DNA of 53,763 bases from Bacillota bacterium (GCA_021323605.1 JAJPKS010000326.1:1-53763), one strand, 5' to 3'; positions 1 through 10,818 are shown, counted from the first letter of the stretch. Notes: generated by a model not told the origin, from the sequence alone. Translations and numbers: made by a program.

Positions 1-1794
1 GAGCCAGTTGAGCGAGGGCTGCTTCCCGGCCACGATCACGTTCACGTAGTGGCGGCTGCGCAGGCAGTGGTCGGCCACCGAGAGCAGGCAGTTGGCGTCG
101 GGCGGGAGGTAGACCCGGATGATCTCGGCCTTCTTGTTGACCACGTGGTCGATGAAGCCCGGGTCCTGGTGCGAGAAGCCGTTGTGGTCCTGCCGCCAGA
201 CGTGGGAGGAGAGGAGGTAGTTCAGGGAGGCGAGCGGCCGCCGCCAGGGGATGTCCCGGGTCACCTTGAGCCACTTGGCGTGCTGGTTGAACATCGAGTC
301 GACGATGTGGATGAAGGCCTCGTAGCAGTTGAAGAGGCCCTGCCGGCCGGTCAGGAGGTACCCCTCCAGCCAGCCCTGGCAGAGGTGCTCGGAGAGGACC
401 TCCATCACCCGGCCGTCGGGGTCCAGGTGCTCGTCGGTGGCGAGCGTCGCCGCCTCCCAGGTCCGGCCGCTGGCCTCGAACACCGCCTCGAGTCGGTTGG
501 AGGCCGTCTCGTCGGGGCCGAAGAGCCGGAAGTTGCGCGGGTTGCGTCGCATCACGTCGCGCAGGAAGGCCCCCAGCACCCGGGTCGGCTCGGAGGTGGT
601 CGCCCCCGGTTTCGGGACCGCCACCGCGTAGTCGCGGAAGTCGGGCAACGATAGCTCCTGGAGCAAGGTTCCCCCGTTGGTGTGGGGGTTGGCGCTCATG
701 CGACGGTGTCCCCGGGGGGGAAGCTCGGCCAGTTCGGGGACGAGCCGTCCCTGTTCGTCGAACAGCTCCTGAGGGCGGTAGCTTTGCATCCAGGACTCGA
801 GCAGCCGGAGGTGCTCGGGGTTGGTCCTGGCCTCGGGGATGGGGACCTGGTGCGACCGCCAGGTTCCCTCCACCGGCCGGCCGTCGACCTCCCTTGGCCC
901 GGTCCAGCCCTTGGGCGTCCGGAGCACGATCATCGGCCAGCGCGGTCGGCCCCCACCCCGGCCCTGGCGGGCGGCGTGCTGGAGGTCGTGGATCTCCTCG
1001 ACCACCCGGTCCAGGGTCGCCGCCATCCGCTGGTGGACGGTGGGGGGATGGTCGCCCTCCACGACGTAGGGCCGGTGGCCGTAGCCCTCGAGCAGGGCCA
1101 GGAGCTCGTTCTCCGGGATGCGGGCCAGCACGGTGGCGCTGGCGATCTTGTAGCCGTTGAGGTGGAGGATGGGCAGCACCGCCCCGTCCCGGGCCGGATT
1201 CAAGAACTTGTTGGAGTGCCAGCTGGCGGCCAACGGCCCGGTCTCGGCCTCGCCGTCGCCGACGATACAGCACACCAGGAGGTCGGGGTTGTCGAAGGCG
1301 GCGCCGTAGGCATGGGCGAGTGAGTAGCCGAGCTCGCCCCCTTCGTGGATCGAGCCCGGGGTCTCGGGCGCGACGTGGCTGGGGATGCCGCCCGGGAAGG
1401 AGAAGCGCCGGAACAGCCTTCGCATCCCCTCCCGGTCGCGGGTGATCTCCGGGTAGACCTCGCTGTAGGTCCCCTCCAGGTAGGCGTTGGCCACCAGGCC
1501 GGGGCCCCCGTGCCCGGGGCCGATCACGTACATGGCGTTCAGGTCCCAGTTCCTGATCACCCGGTTGAGGTGGGCGTAGATGAAGTTGAGCCCGGGGGTG
1601 GTGCCCCAGTGGCCGAGCAGCCGCGGCTTGACGTGCTCGGGGCGCAGGGGCTCCTCCAGCAGCGGATTGTCGAGCAGGTAGATCTGGCCGACGGAGAGAT
1701 AGTTGGCCGCGCGCCAGTAGGCGTCGATCAGCCGGAGCTCGCCGGCCCCGAGCGGCTCAGTGGCGAGAGGTGGTCGGTGGGCCTCATCGAGCAT
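1..1794 (-). CDS. xfp: Phosphoketolase (xylulose-5-P/fructose-6-P), 3' end runs off the window
   Basis: Absent from the ORF track (open at the edge). Manual translation gives [51 protein letters not shown] and the TPP motif [16 protein letters not shown] lies before the ATG at 1794. Confidence 0.95.
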   Translation of the reverse strand, partial: MLDEAHRPPLATEPLGAGELRLIDAYWRAANYLSVGQIYLLDNPLLEEPLRPEHVKPRLLGHWGTTPGLNFIYAHLNRVIRNWDLNAMYVIGPGHGGPGLVANAYLEGTYSEVYPEITRDREGMRRLFRRFSFPGGIPSHVAPETPGSIHEGGELGYSLAHAYGAAFDNPDLLVCCIVGDGEAETGPLAASWHSNKFLNPARDGAVLPILHLNGYKIASATVLARIPENELLALLEGYGHRPYVVEGDHPPTVHQRMAATLDRVVEEIHDLQHAARQGRGGGRPRWPMIVLRTPKGWTGPREVDGRPVEGTWRSHQVPIPEARTNPEHLRLLESWMQSYRPQELFDEQGRLVPELAELPPRGHRRMSANPHTNGGTLLQELSLPDFRDYAVAVPKPGATTSEPTRVLGAFLRDVMRRNPRNFRLFGPDETASNRLEAVFEASGRTWEAATLATDEHLDPDGRVMEVLSEHLCQGWLEGYLLTGRQGLFNCYEAFIHIVDSMFNQHAKWLKVTRDIPWRRPLASLNYLLSSHVWRQDHNGFSHQDPGFIDHVVNKKAEIIRVYLPPDANCLLSVADHCLRSRHYVNVIVAGKQPSLNWL

Positions 1795-2008
1795 CTGCTT
1801 CACCTCGTGATCACGGGTGAGGCCGACCCGGTCCGCGCCGGCCCGGGGCCCGGCCACGGGATCGCGCGGGCGCTCCCTGCTTCCAGCATGGCACGGCCCC
1901 CGACCCCACAGCCGGGGTCGAGTACTGGCGTCCGGAGGCCCTGCCGCCGCCGGGGCCGGTGGGGCGCCGGGTCGGGCGTCACCCGCCGGCCCCCGGGCGA
2001 GCGCGGGC

Positions 2009-2028
2009 TTGACCTGCAAACCTTTGCA
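2009..2028 (+). promoter_or_regulatory. -35-like TTGACC followed by a LacI-type operator
   Basis: TTGACC at 2009-2014, then near-perfect palindrome TGCAAACCTTTGCA at 2015-2028, upstream of a LacI-family gene. Confidence 0.7.
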
Positions 2029-2056
2029 CGCAATCCTTTTCATTCGAGGACGGGGT

Positions 2057-3139
2057 ATGGCGGAGCGAGACGGGGCGCGGCCCCGCGTCACCTTGAAGCA
2101 GGTGAGCGAGCTGGCCGGGGTGTCGCAGAGCACGGTCTCGCGCATCCTCAACCGGCGCCACAGCGCGGTGCCGATCGCCGCCGCCACCAGGGAGCGGGTC
2201 CTGCGGGTGATCGAGGAGCTGGACTATCGACCGCACCCGCTGGCGCGGGGCCTGCGGGGCGGGGGCACGGCCCTGCTCGGGCTGATCGTGCGCGAGGTGG
2301 CCGATCCCTTCTTCGCCGCGGCCATCGAGGCCATCGCCGACGAGAGCCGCCGCCACGGCTACAGCCTGGTGCTGGGCCACGCCCGCAGCAGCGCTCGCGA
2401 GGCCCTGGTGCTGGCCGAGGTCCTGGAGACGCGCCACTGCGACGGGGCCATCCTGCTCGGCGACCTGCGCGACGAGCCCCGGCTCTGGGCGGAGCTGGAG
2501 GGCAGCGAGCTGGCGGTCGTGGCCGTGTGCCAGGGCGGCCGCGCCCCGGGGATCCCGACCGTCGACTGCGACAACCGGGTGGGAACGGTCATGGCCCTGC
2601 AACACCTCCACGGGCTGGGCCATCGCCGGATCGCCTTTCTGGACGCGGGCTGGCTGGGCGACGTGGAGGAGCGGCGCCTGGCCTACCACGCCTTCATGGC
2701 CGAGCGGGGGCTGCCGGTTCTGGAGGGCTACCACCAGCGGCTGCCGGGCAACCATCCGGACGCGGGACTGAGCGCCTTCCGGGCCCTGCTCGAGCTGTCC
2801 TCGCCGCCGAGCGCGGTGTTCTGCGCCACCGACCAGGTCGCCCTCGGAGTCCTGGCCGCCGCCGCCCGGGCCGGGCTCAGGGTCCCGGCCGACGTGTCGG
2901 TGGTGGGGTTCGACGACATCCCCATGGCCCGGTTCGCGGTGCCCGGCCTGACCACCGTGCGCCAGCCGCTCCGGCGCATGGCCCGGCTGGCGGTGGAGCG
3001 GCTGCTCGGTCTGATCCGGTCGGGCGCGGCGCCGCGGAGCGGCCCTGCCCGTAGGGAGCGATTGCGTCCCTCGCTGGTCGTGCGCGGCTCCACGGCCGCG
3101 CCCGGGGGCGGGGCGGGGGGAGCGGCGTCCCGTGGCTGA
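2057..3139 (+). CDS. LacI-family transcriptional regulator
   Basis: [24 protein letters not shown], hinge [11 protein letters not shown]-terminal [19 protein letters not shown] 2057 follows GAGGA. Confidence 0.95.
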   Translation: MAERDGARPRVTLKQVSELAGVSQSTVSRILNRRHSAVPIAAATRERVLRVIEELDYRPHPLARGLRGGGTALLGLIVREVADPFFAAAIEAIADESRRHGYSLVLGHARSSAREALVLAEVLETRHCDGAILLGDLRDEPRLWAELEGSELAVVAVCQGGRAPGIPTVDCDNRVGTVMALQHLHGLGHRRIAFLDAGWLGDVEERRLAYHAFMAERGLPVLEGYHQRLPGNHPDAGLSAFRALLELSSPPSAVFCATDQVALGVLAAAARAGLRVPADVSVVGFDDIPMARFAVPGLTTVRQPLRRMARLAVERLLGLIRSGAAPRSGPARRERLRPSLVVRGSTAAPGGGAGGAASRG

Positions 3140-4148
3140 CGATCCGGTCGAGACCGTCCCCCCGGTGCGGCGGACCCGCCTGGCCGCGGTTCGGGCCGCG
3201 GCTGCCCGGCAGGTGATGGCCATCTCCTGGATCGGGGTCCTGGCCGGGATCGTGGTGATCGGGGCCATCGCCACCTACACCGCGCCCTGTGGTTGCTTCT
3301 TGACCGGCGACAACCTGCTCACCACCGCCCAGGAGTTCTCGTACATCGCCATCGCCGCCCTGGGAGGGGCGATGGTGATCATGACCCGCGGCATCGACCT
3401 GTCGGTGGGGGCGAACATGGCCTTCACCGGCCTGATCACGGCCACGCTGCTGTCCCGCTTCCACCTGCACCCGGTGGCGGCGGTGGCCATCGGCCTGGCG
3501 CTGGGCCTGGGAGCTGGCCTGCTCAACGGCCTCCTGATCACCGTGGCCGGGATGCAGCCGTTCATCGCCACCCTGGGCACGATGAGCGTCTTCCGCGGCC
3601 TCGCCCTCGTCTACAGCCAGGGCTTCACCCTCTACCCGCCGGCTTCCTTCACCGCGCTGGGCCAGGGGCACCTGGGGCCGATCCCCAACCCGTTCGTGAT
3701 CCTGGTGGGCTTGACGGTCCTGCTCTCCGCCTTCCTCAGCGGCACCGCCCTGGGCCGGCACGTCTACGCCGTCGGCGGCAACGAGGACGCCGCCCGCCTC
3801 CTCGGCATCGAGGTGGAGCGGGTCAAGGTGTTCGTGTACGTCCTGGCCGGGCTGCTGGGGGCGGTGGGCGGCATCCTGCTGATGTCGTTCCTGGGCTCGG
3901 CGAACCCGGGCGCGGCGACCGGGTACGAGCTGGACGTGATCGCGGCCGCGGTCATCGGCGGGGTCAGCCTCTTCGGGGGGGAGGGGACGTTGTTCGGCAC
4001 CGTGCTGGGGGCGGCCTTGATCCAGGAGATCCAGAACGTCCTCCTGCTGGAGCGCGTGCCCGGGTACTGGACGACGCTCGTGGTCGGGCTGGTGATCCTG
4101 GGCGCGATCGGCGTCGACCAGGTCCGGCGGCGCCTGCGGAGGACGTGA
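3132..4148 (+). CDS. Monosaccharide ABC transporter permease (RbsC/XylH-like)
   Basis: GIDLSVG, PFIATLG, YAVGGNEDAARLLGI and YELDVIAAAVIGG motifs; multiple TM helices. Confidence 0.93.
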   Translation: MADDPVETVPPVRRTRLAAVRAAAARQVMAISWIGVLAGIVVIGAIATYTAPCGCFLTGDNLLTTAQEFSYIAIAALGGAMVIMTRGIDLSVGANMAFTGLITATLLSRFHLHPVAAVAIGLALGLGAGLLNGLLITVAGMQPFIATLGTMSVFRGLALVYSQGFTLYPPASFTALGQGHLGPIPNPFVILVGLTVLLSAFLSGTALGRHVYAVGGNEDAARLLGIEVERVKVFVYVLAGLLGAVGGILLMSFLGSANPGAATGYELDVIAAAVIGGVSLFGGEGTLFGTVLGAALIQEIQNVLLLERVPGYWTTLVVGLVILGAIGVDQVRRRLRRT

Positions 4149-4201
4149 CGGGACGAGGGGGAGTGGATCGGGAACGATCCGAGACTGCGAGGAGGTGTCA
4201 C

Positions 4202-5314
4202 ATGAGTAGGGAGAGAAGAGGGGAGACGGGTTCCGGGCGCATCTCGCGGCGTGACTTCCTGGGCCGGGCGACCGGGGCCGCGGCCGCGCTGGCCGTGGGC
4301 GGTGGCATCGGCGGCGTCCTGGCCGCCTGCGGCGGCGGCCCGACCGTGGTCAGCAGGAAGAAGACGTACACGATCGCGATCGTGCCCAAGGGCCTGGACA
4401 ACCCGGTGTTCGCGCTCGCCAACCTGGGCGGCCAGGTGCGGGCGAAGGAGCTGGGCAACGTCCACTTCATCTTCACCGCCAGCAGCACCACGGACACCAA
4501 CGGGGACGTCAACGTCATCCAGGGGCTCATCGAGCAGAAGGTGGACGCCATCGGCGTCAGCTGCAACGACCCCAACGCCTACGTGCCGGTGCTCAACCAT
4601 GCCGTCGACTCGGGCATCAAGGTGATGTGCTGGGACTCGGACGCGCCCAGCAGCAAGCGGGCGGTCTTCTACGGCGTGGACAGCACCGCGGTCGGCAAGC
4701 GGATGGGCCAGGAGATCACCCGCTTGCTCAACGGGCAGGGCAACATCGTCATCATCAGCGGCGACCCGGCGGCGCTGAACCTGAACCAGCGCATCCAGGG
4801 GGTGAGGTCCGCCCTTCCCTCGGGGATCAAGGTGCTGCAGGTCCTCTACACCAACGACGACATCCCCAGCGCCATCCAGAAGACCGAGGACGCGATCCGC
4901 ACCTACCCCGACCTGAACGGGATCGTCATGGTGGGCGGCTGGGCCCTGTTCTCCAACGAGGGGGCGACGCCGCTGCTCGACCAGAAGAAGGGGCAGATCA
5001 AGGTCGTCTCCTTCGACCCGCTGAAGTCGGTGGTCGACTACCTGCGCGACGGCATCGTGCAGTCGGTGTGGACCCAGGACTACTGGGGCTGGGGCTACCA
5101 GTCCGTGACCATCCTGTACAGCCTGCTCCAGGGCAACCGGTGGCACGAGTTCATCCCCCAGCCCTCGAACAACGTCACGCCGGACCAGTGGCAGGCGTGG
5201 CAGCAGCGCTGGGCGGCGGTCGACCAGGGAGCGTCGGCGGCGGCGAAGGTCTGGGGCGAGAAGCCCTTCTCCGCCCCCGGGCCGTCGGACGCCACCGGCC
5301 CCCTGCGCGGATGA
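4202..5314 (+). CDS. Sugar ABC substrate-binding lipoprotein with Tat signal
   Basis: SD GGAGG, twin-arginine SRRDFL, lipobox LAAC, and periplasmic-binding-protein type I motifs (PKGLDNPVF, WDSDAP). Confidence 0.92.
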   Translation: MSRERRGETGSGRISRRDFLGRATGAAAALAVGGGIGGVLAACGGGPTVVSRKKTYTIAIVPKGLDNPVFALANLGGQVRAKELGNVHFIFTASSTTDTNGDVNVIQGLIEQKVDAIGVSCNDPNAYVPVLNHAVDSGIKVMCWDSDAPSSKRAVFYGVDSTAVGKRMGQEITRLLNGQGNIVIISGDPAALNLNQRIQGVRSALPSGIKVLQVLYTNDDIPSAIQKTEDAIRTYPDLNGIVMVGGWALFSNEGATPLLDQKKGQIKVVSFDPLKSVVDYLRDGIVQSVWTQDYWGWGYQSVTILYSLLQGNRWHEFIPQPSNNVTPDQWQAWQQRWAAVDQGASAAAKVWGEKPFSAPGPSDATGPLRG

Positions 5315-6147
5315 ACGGAGAGCCGGACGAGGACGGGGGCGGGCGGTCGCCCGCCCCCGTCCTGGAGGCGCGCGGGCTGTGCAAGTCCTTCGGCAGCGTG
5401 AGGGCGCTGATCGACGTCAACCTCGACCTGTACCCGGGAGAGGTGCTGGGGCTGATGGGCGACAACGGGGCCGGCAAGTCGACCACGGTCAAGATCCTCG
5501 CCGGCGCCCTGCAGCCCGACGCCGGCGAGATCCGCATCAACGGCCGGCCGGTGTCGCTGCGCGGCCCGATCGATGCCCGGCGGGCGGGCATCGAGACCGT
5601 CTACCAGGACCTGGCCGTGGTCCCCATGCTGGACGTGGCCGAGAACGTCTTCCTGGGGCGCGAGGTGCGCCGGCGTGGCCCCCTGGGCGTGCTTCGCGCC
5701 CTGGACAAGCGGACCATGCGGCGGCAGGCGGCAGAGCACCTGCGGGCGCTCAACGTGGGCATCCACTCGGTGCGCCAGCGTGTCGACACGCTCTCCGGGG
5801 GCCAGCGGCAGGGCGTCGCCGTGGGCCGGGCGGTGGCCTTCGGCCGGCACATCGTGATCATGGACGAGCCGACCGCGGCCCTGGGCGTGCGCGAGTCACG
5901 GCGCGTCATCGAGCTGATCCAGCTGATCCGCCGCCGGGGGCTCTCGGTGATCCTGATCAGCCACAACCTCCCCCAGGTGCTCGAGATCAGCGACCGGATC
6001 ATGGTTCTGCGCAACGGGCGCCGGGTGGGCGTGGTGAGGACGGCCGAGACCGACATGCAGCAGGTGGTGCGGCTCATCACCGGGGCCGAGGTGCTCGACC
6101 AGCCGGCCGCGCAGGGGTCGGAGGGATGGGCTGGAGGTGAGGCGTGA
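5311..6147 (+). CDS. Sugar ABC transporter ATP-binding protein (single NBD)
   Basis: Walker A GDNGAGKST, LSGGQRQ, IMDEPT, H-loop ISHN. ATGA overlap with the SBP gene. Confidence 0.95.
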   Translation: MNGEPDEDGGGRSPAPVLEARGLCKSFGSVRALIDVNLDLYPGEVLGLMGDNGAGKSTTVKILAGALQPDAGEIRINGRPVSLRGPIDARRAGIETVYQDLAVVPMLDVAENVFLGREVRRRGPLGVLRALDKRTMRRQAAEHLRALNVGIHSVRQRVDTLSGGQRQGVAVGRAVAFGRHIVIMDEPTAALGVRESRRVIELIQLIRRRGLSVILISHNLPQVLEISDRIMVLRNGRRVGVVRTAETDMQQVVRLITGAEVLDQPAAQGSEGWAGGEA

Positions 6148-7223
6148 GGACGTTGCGAAACTCGGTCGGGATCTGGGCCTTCGGTCCCAACGTGACCCGC
6201 TTCGTGCCTGCCGGCTACCACCCGGAGGCGGCCGGGGAGTCGATGCTGGAGCGCACCCGGCGGGTGGCGGCGGCGCTGCACGACCTGGTCGACGGCCTCG
6301 AGTACCACTACCCGGGGGAGCTCGACGAGGACAGCGCGGGCCCCATCCTCGACGTGCTCCGAGAGCACGGCATGTCGATCCCCATCCTGGCCTCGGGCCT
6401 GCATCCGGACCCCACCTACGCTCTGGGTTCGCTGGTCAACCCCGATCCATCGCTGCGGCGGCGGGCGCTGGAGGTCAACCTCCGCGCCGTCGACCTGGCC
6501 GCGTCGATCGGGGCCGGTTTCGTCATCTGGCCTGGGGCCGAGGGCTACAACTATCCCTTCCAGCGCGACTACGCCCGAGCCTGGGAGTGGCTGGTCGAGG
6601 GCATCGCCCGGATCACCGCCCACGCCGCCGGGCGGGGCGTGAAGGTCTACCTGGAGCACAAGAACAGCGAGCCGGCGATGAAGGTGCTGATGCGCAACCT
6701 CGGCATGACGCTGTACGTCATCGAGAAGGTGCGCCAGCGGGGGGTGGACGTCTCCAACCTCCTGGTCAACATGGACTGGCAGCACCTGCTGATGAACGGC
6801 GAGAACCTGGCCGAGTACGCCGCCCTGCTGGCCGCCGAGGGCAGGCTCGGGCATCAGCACGCCAACGACGGCTGGGGCGTCTTCGACGACGACAACGTGG
6901 TCGGCACCAACTTCTTCATGCAGGCGCTCGAGCTGGCCGTGGTGCTCCAGGACGTCGACTACGGCGCGAACGGCGAGCTGCTCGGCTACGACCTCTACCC
7001 GTACACCGAGGACCAGGTACAGGCCGTCCGGCGGGCCGTCCTGCAGTGGGAGTTCATCTGGGACCTGGCGGCCCGGATCGACCGCCGGGCCCTGGAGGAG
7101 GCCCGGGGGCGCGCCGACGCCCTGGGCGGGCAACGGGCCGTGTACCGGGCGCTGGGCCTGGACGAGGACTTCGAAGCCGAGGTGGTGCGCCGGCGGAGCG
7201 CCCACCGGGCGGTCCAACGGTGA
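6144..7223 (+). CDS. Xylose-isomerase-like TIM barrel (probable divergent pentose isomerase)
   Basis: WPGAEG, EHKNSEP (variant of ExKPxEP), NMDWQH, HAND..DDD and GYDLYP metal motifs. Translationally coupled to the kinase. Confidence 0.8.
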   Translation: MRTLRNSVGIWAFGPNVTRFVPAGYHPEAAGESMLERTRRVAAALHDLVDGLEYHYPGELDEDSAGPILDVLREHGMSIPILASGLHPDPTYALGSLVNPDPSLRRRALEVNLRAVDLAASIGAGFVIWPGAEGYNYPFQRDYARAWEWLVEGIARITAHAAGRGVKVYLEHKNSEPAMKVLMRNLGMTLYVIEKVRQRGVDVSNLLVNMDWQHLLMNGENLAEYAALLAAEGRLGHQHANDGWGVFDDDNVVGTNFFMQALELAVVLQDVDYGANGELLGYDLYPYTEDQVQAVRRAVLQWEFIWDLAARIDRRALEEARGRADALGGQRAVYRALGLDEDFEAEVVRRRSAHRAVQR

Positions 7224-8746
7224 GGCTCCTGGCCGGGCTCGACGTGGGCACCGGCGGGGTCCGGGCGGTGGTCGTCGACGAGTCCGGCCGGGTGCGGGCC
7301 GCGGCCACGGCCTCCTACCCGCTCCATCAGCCGCGGCCGGGGTGGACGGAGCAGGACCCGGAGGACTGGTGGCGGGGGACCGAGGTCGCGCTCGGCCGGG
7401 CGCTGGAGGCGGCCGGCGGGGGCGAGGTCGTGGGCCTCGGGCTGGCCGGGCAGATGCACGGCGCCGTCTTCCTGGACGCCGCCGACCGCGTCCTCCGGCC
7501 GGCCCTGCTCTGGAACGACCAGCGGACCTCGGCCCAGTGCCGGCGCATCACCGAGCTGGTCGGCGAGCGGCGCCTGCTGGAGGTGGCCGGGAACCCGGCC
7601 CTGACCGGGTTCCAGGCGCCCAAGATCCTGTGGCTGCGGGACGAGGAGCCGGAGCGCTTCCGACGCCTGGCCCGGGTCCTGCTGCCCAAGGACTACGTCC
7701 GCCTGCGCCTGACCGGCGAACTCGCCACCGACGCCTCCGACGCCTCGGGCACTCTGCTCCTGGACCTGCGCCGCCGGGACTGGGCCCGGCCCATCCTCGA
7801 GGCGCTGGAGATCCCGGTCGACTGGCTGCCCCCGGTGCGCGAGGCCCCCGAGCCGGCCGGCGGCGTGCGCGCGGTCGTGGCCTCGTCCCTCGGGCTCCGG
7901 CCGGGCGTCCCGGTGGCCGCCGGCGCCGGCGACAACGCGGCCGCGGCCGTGGGCACGGGGGTGGTGGAGCCGGGCCGGCTCAGCTGCTCGATCGGGACCA
8001 GCGGCGTGCTCTTCGCCCCCACCGCCGGTCTCACCCCCGACCCCTCGGGCCGCGTCCACGCCTTCTGCCACGCCGTGCCCGGCGCCTACCACCTGATGGG
8101 CGTCACCCTCTCCGCCGGCGGCTCGCTGCGCTGGTGGCGGGACCTGCTGCGGGGGGCGGGAGGAGCCGGCGACTACGACCGACTGACCGCCGCGGCGGCG
8201 GAGGTGCCGGTGGGAGCCGACGGCCTCCTCTTCCTCCCCTACCTCGACGGCGAGCGGACGCCCCACCTGGATCCCCTGGCCCGGGGCCAGTTCTTCGGCC
8301 TGACCTCACGCCACACCCACGCCCACCTCACCCGGGCGGTGATGGAGGGGGCGCTGTTCGCCCTTCGCGACGCGCTCCAGGCCATGCGCTCCCTGGGCCT
8401 GGAGCCGGCCGAGGTGCGGGCCACCGGCGGGGGCTCCCGCCACCCCCTGTGGCTGCGCCTCGAGGCCGACGTCCTCGGCCTGCCCGTGCTCCGCCCCCTG
8501 GTCGACGAGGGCGCCGCCTACGGAGCGGCGCTCCTGGCCGGCGTGGCCGCCGGCGTGTACCGCGACCTCGGAGAGGCCTGCTCCCTGGTCGCCCTGCGGC
8601 CGGAGGTGGTGGAGCCGGACCCGGCGCGGGTGGCGGCCTACGAGCGGCTCCACGGCCTGTACCGGGAGCTCTACCCGGCCACGGCCGGGCTCGCCCACCG
8701 GCTGGCGAGCCCGATCGCCGGCGAGGGCCCCGCCCCGCCGGCCTGA
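7220..8746 (+). CDS. xylB: Xylulokinase (FGGY family)
   Basis: GLDVGTG, GQMHG, WNDQRT, PKDY, SDASGT, GDNAA, GTSG, HAFCHAVPG and FLPYLDGERTP. GTGA overlap. Confidence 0.9.
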   Translation: MRLLAGLDVGTGGVRAVVVDESGRVRAAATASYPLHQPRPGWTEQDPEDWWRGTEVALGRALEAAGGGEVVGLGLAGQMHGAVFLDAADRVLRPALLWNDQRTSAQCRRITELVGERRLLEVAGNPALTGFQAPKILWLRDEEPERFRRLARVLLPKDYVRLRLTGELATDASDASGTLLLDLRRRDWARPILEALEIPVDWLPPVREAPEPAGGVRAVVASSLGLRPGVPVAAGAGDNAAAAVGTGVVEPGRLSCSIGTSGVLFAPTAGLTPDPSGRVHAFCHAVPGAYHLMGVTLSAGGSLRWWRDLLRGAGGAGDYDRLTAAAAEVPVGADGLLFLPYLDGERTPHLDPLARGQFFGLTSRHTHAHLTRAVMEGALFALRDALQAMRSLGLEPAEVRATGGGSRHPLWLRLEADVLGLPVLRPLVDEGAAYGAALLAGVAAGVYRDLGEACSLVALRPEVVEPDPARVAAYERLHGLYRELYPATAGLAHRLASPIAGEGPAPPA

Positions 8747-8869
8747 GCCGCGGGCGGAGCGCACGGTTCGTGCCGGCCGGACGCTCGACGCGCCGGTCAG
8801 CCGTTCTTCACGCTCCCGCCCCACCGTCGTTCGCGGGCCGGCCCTCCCGGTCGCAGGTGTGAGCGGTCG

Positions 8870-10789
8870 TCACGGCGCCGCCGGACCATCCTCGGCCAGC
8901 TCAGCGGTCGAGGCTGGCGGAGACCCCGTCAGGTCCAGAATCCGGAGCGCGAGCTCCAGGGTCAGGCGATCTTCGCTGTCGTGGAGCTTGAGGCCCGTCA
9001 GCTCTTCCAGCCTGGCCAGGCGGTACTGGATGGTGTGGACGTGCACGTTGAGCGCCCTGGCGGTCGCCGTGAGGCTGGCGCCGTTGGCCAGGTAGGTGCG
9101 CAGGGTCGGGAGCAGCCGCCCTCCGCGCCTCGCGTCGTGCTCGATGGCTGCTGCCAGCGTTCGACGGCTGAACTCGACCACGCTGGGGCCCGAGGCCGCC
9201 CCGATGATCAGCCGATAGGCCCCGAGATGGCCGACCTGGATGACGCCCTCATCCGGCCGTTGCCGGATCTCGGCCGTCAGCCGTGCCTCATGGTAGGCGT
9301 GGGTGAGCACCTGGGGGTCGGCCACCGGCTCGGTGACGGCGAAGCAGACGTGCCAGCCGGTGGCGTCGCGCACCTGGCGCACCACCGCCTCCAGCTTCTC
9401 CACCGGGTCGAAGAGGCGCTGGTCGCCCGGGCAGCTCCACGCGGCCACGACGTTGTGCTCGCGGAGGGCCACGACGCTCGCCGCCTGCTGGCCGCGCAGC
9501 ATCTGCTCGGTCGTGGTCCTGACCTCGCGCAGTACGTTGCTCTCATCGGTGAACCCCTCCCGCTTCTGGTCCCGAGCCCGCAGCCTCCCGACCGCCAGCT
9601 GCAGGGGAGGCGGAAGGGCACGAAAGGAAGCGGCGCTCTTGGGGACGTCGCCCTCCAGCAACCGGTGCAGGAGGTCGGCACGGCGGCGGACGTTGCCCTC
9701 CTCGAGGGCACGCTCCTGGACGAAGACGGTGGACGCGATCAGGGCGGCGGAGTCCACCAGTCCCTCCTCGAGGCCGCGCGAGTCGGAGCCTGTGGACTCC
9801 AGCACGATGTAGCCCAGCGGCTCGGCACCGGCCACGATAGGGGCCACCGCCAGGTGGACGCCGTCACTCACGGTCGAGTGGCGCGTGCGGTCGCGCTCCA
9901 CCCGGCGGAGGAGCTCCCTCAGCTCGGGGCGGGTGGGCAGACGCTGGGCGTCGTCGTCCTGGGGCTCGGCCGCTCGCTGTCGGTGGAGGCCGTCCAGGAT
10001 CAGCACCCTCCCCGACGAGAGCGAGGCCAGTCGTCCGGCCAGGGCCTGCAGGCTCAGGCCCTCCCGTGCGATCTGGGACATGGAGTCGAGGGCGCGCAGA
10101 CGGTGATCGAGTTCGTCGCGCTGCCGCGTGATCTCGTCGATGAGGATCTCCAGGCGCAGGCGACTGGTGTGTTCGGAGTCATAGAGGCGCGCGTTGGCGA
10201 TGGCGATGGCGGCGATCTGGGCGAAGTCCTCCAGCATCTGGAGGTCGCCCGGCCCGAACGTGCGATGGCTCTGGAGGGCATCGACGACCAGGGCCCCCAG
10301 CACCTTGCCCTTGAAGACCAGCGGGGCGCTCATCGCCGCCTGCGGGGCGCGAAGTCCCTGCGTGGCTGCCTCGAAGTTCCGGTACGTCTCCGGACTGGCG
10401 TCGGCCAGGACGTCCTGCACGGCCTGACGGTCCGGGTAGATCGCACCCTGGCCGGAGTAGTAGGCCCTGCCGGCCGCCGCCTCTCCGGGCTCCAGCGCGA
10501 TGGCGAAGATGGACGGGCCGAAGCCCACGGAGTCCGTGACCACGAGTTTGCCCGAGGTGGGGTCCACGAGGTAGAGCGTGCCGGCGTCGGCGGCCGGGAT
10601 GACCTCGATCGCCCGGACCAGCACCTGGTGCACGATCTCCGACAGGTCGAGCTCCGAGGTCAGCATGCGCGAGACCTCGAGCAGCCTGGTGAGCCGTGCC
10701 AGACGTTCCTCGGCGTCCAGGTCAGTCACCGTCGTCTGCGATCGCCTCACCGGCCGGCCGCCGTGCATCGATTGACGTATGTTGACCAT
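8870..10789 (-). CDS. GAF-domain PucR/CdaR-family transcriptional regulator
   Basis: N-terminal GAF (APLVFKGKVLGALVV..LEDFAQIAAIAIANARLY) and C-terminal PucR HTH LLPTLRTYL..TARALNVHVHTIQYRLARLEELTG. SD GGGAGG before ATG 10789. Confidence 0.9.
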   Translation of the reverse strand: MVNIRQSMHGGRPVRRSQTTVTDLDAEERLARLTRLLEVSRMLTSELDLSEIVHQVLVRAIEVIPAADAGTLYLVDPTSGKLVVTDSVGFGPSIFAIALEPGEAAAGRAYYSGQGAIYPDRQAVQDVLADASPETYRNFEAATQGLRAPQAAMSAPLVFKGKVLGALVVDALQSHRTFGPGDLQMLEDFAQIAAIAIANARLYDSEHTSRLRLEILIDEITRQRDELDHRLRALDSMSQIAREGLSLQALAGRLASLSSGRVLILDGLHRQRAAEPQDDDAQRLPTRPELRELLRRVERDRTRHSTVSDGVHLAVAPIVAGAEPLGYIVLESTGSDSRGLEEGLVDSAALIASTVFVQERALEEGNVRRRADLLHRLLEGDVPKSAASFRALPPPLQLAVGRLRARDQKREGFTDESNVLREVRTTTEQMLRGQQAASVVALREHNVVAAWSCPGDQRLFDPVEKLEAVVRQVRDATGWHVCFAVTEPVADPQVLTHAYHEARLTAEIRQRPDEGVIQVGHLGAYRLIIGAASGPSVVEFSRRTLAAAIEHDARRGGRLLPTLRTYLANGASLTATARALNVHVHTIQYRLARLEELTGLKLHDSEDRLTLELALRILDLTGSPPASTAELAEDGPAAP

Positions 10790-10818
10790 GCTGGCAGCCT
10801 CCCGTCCGGGTGTCAATG

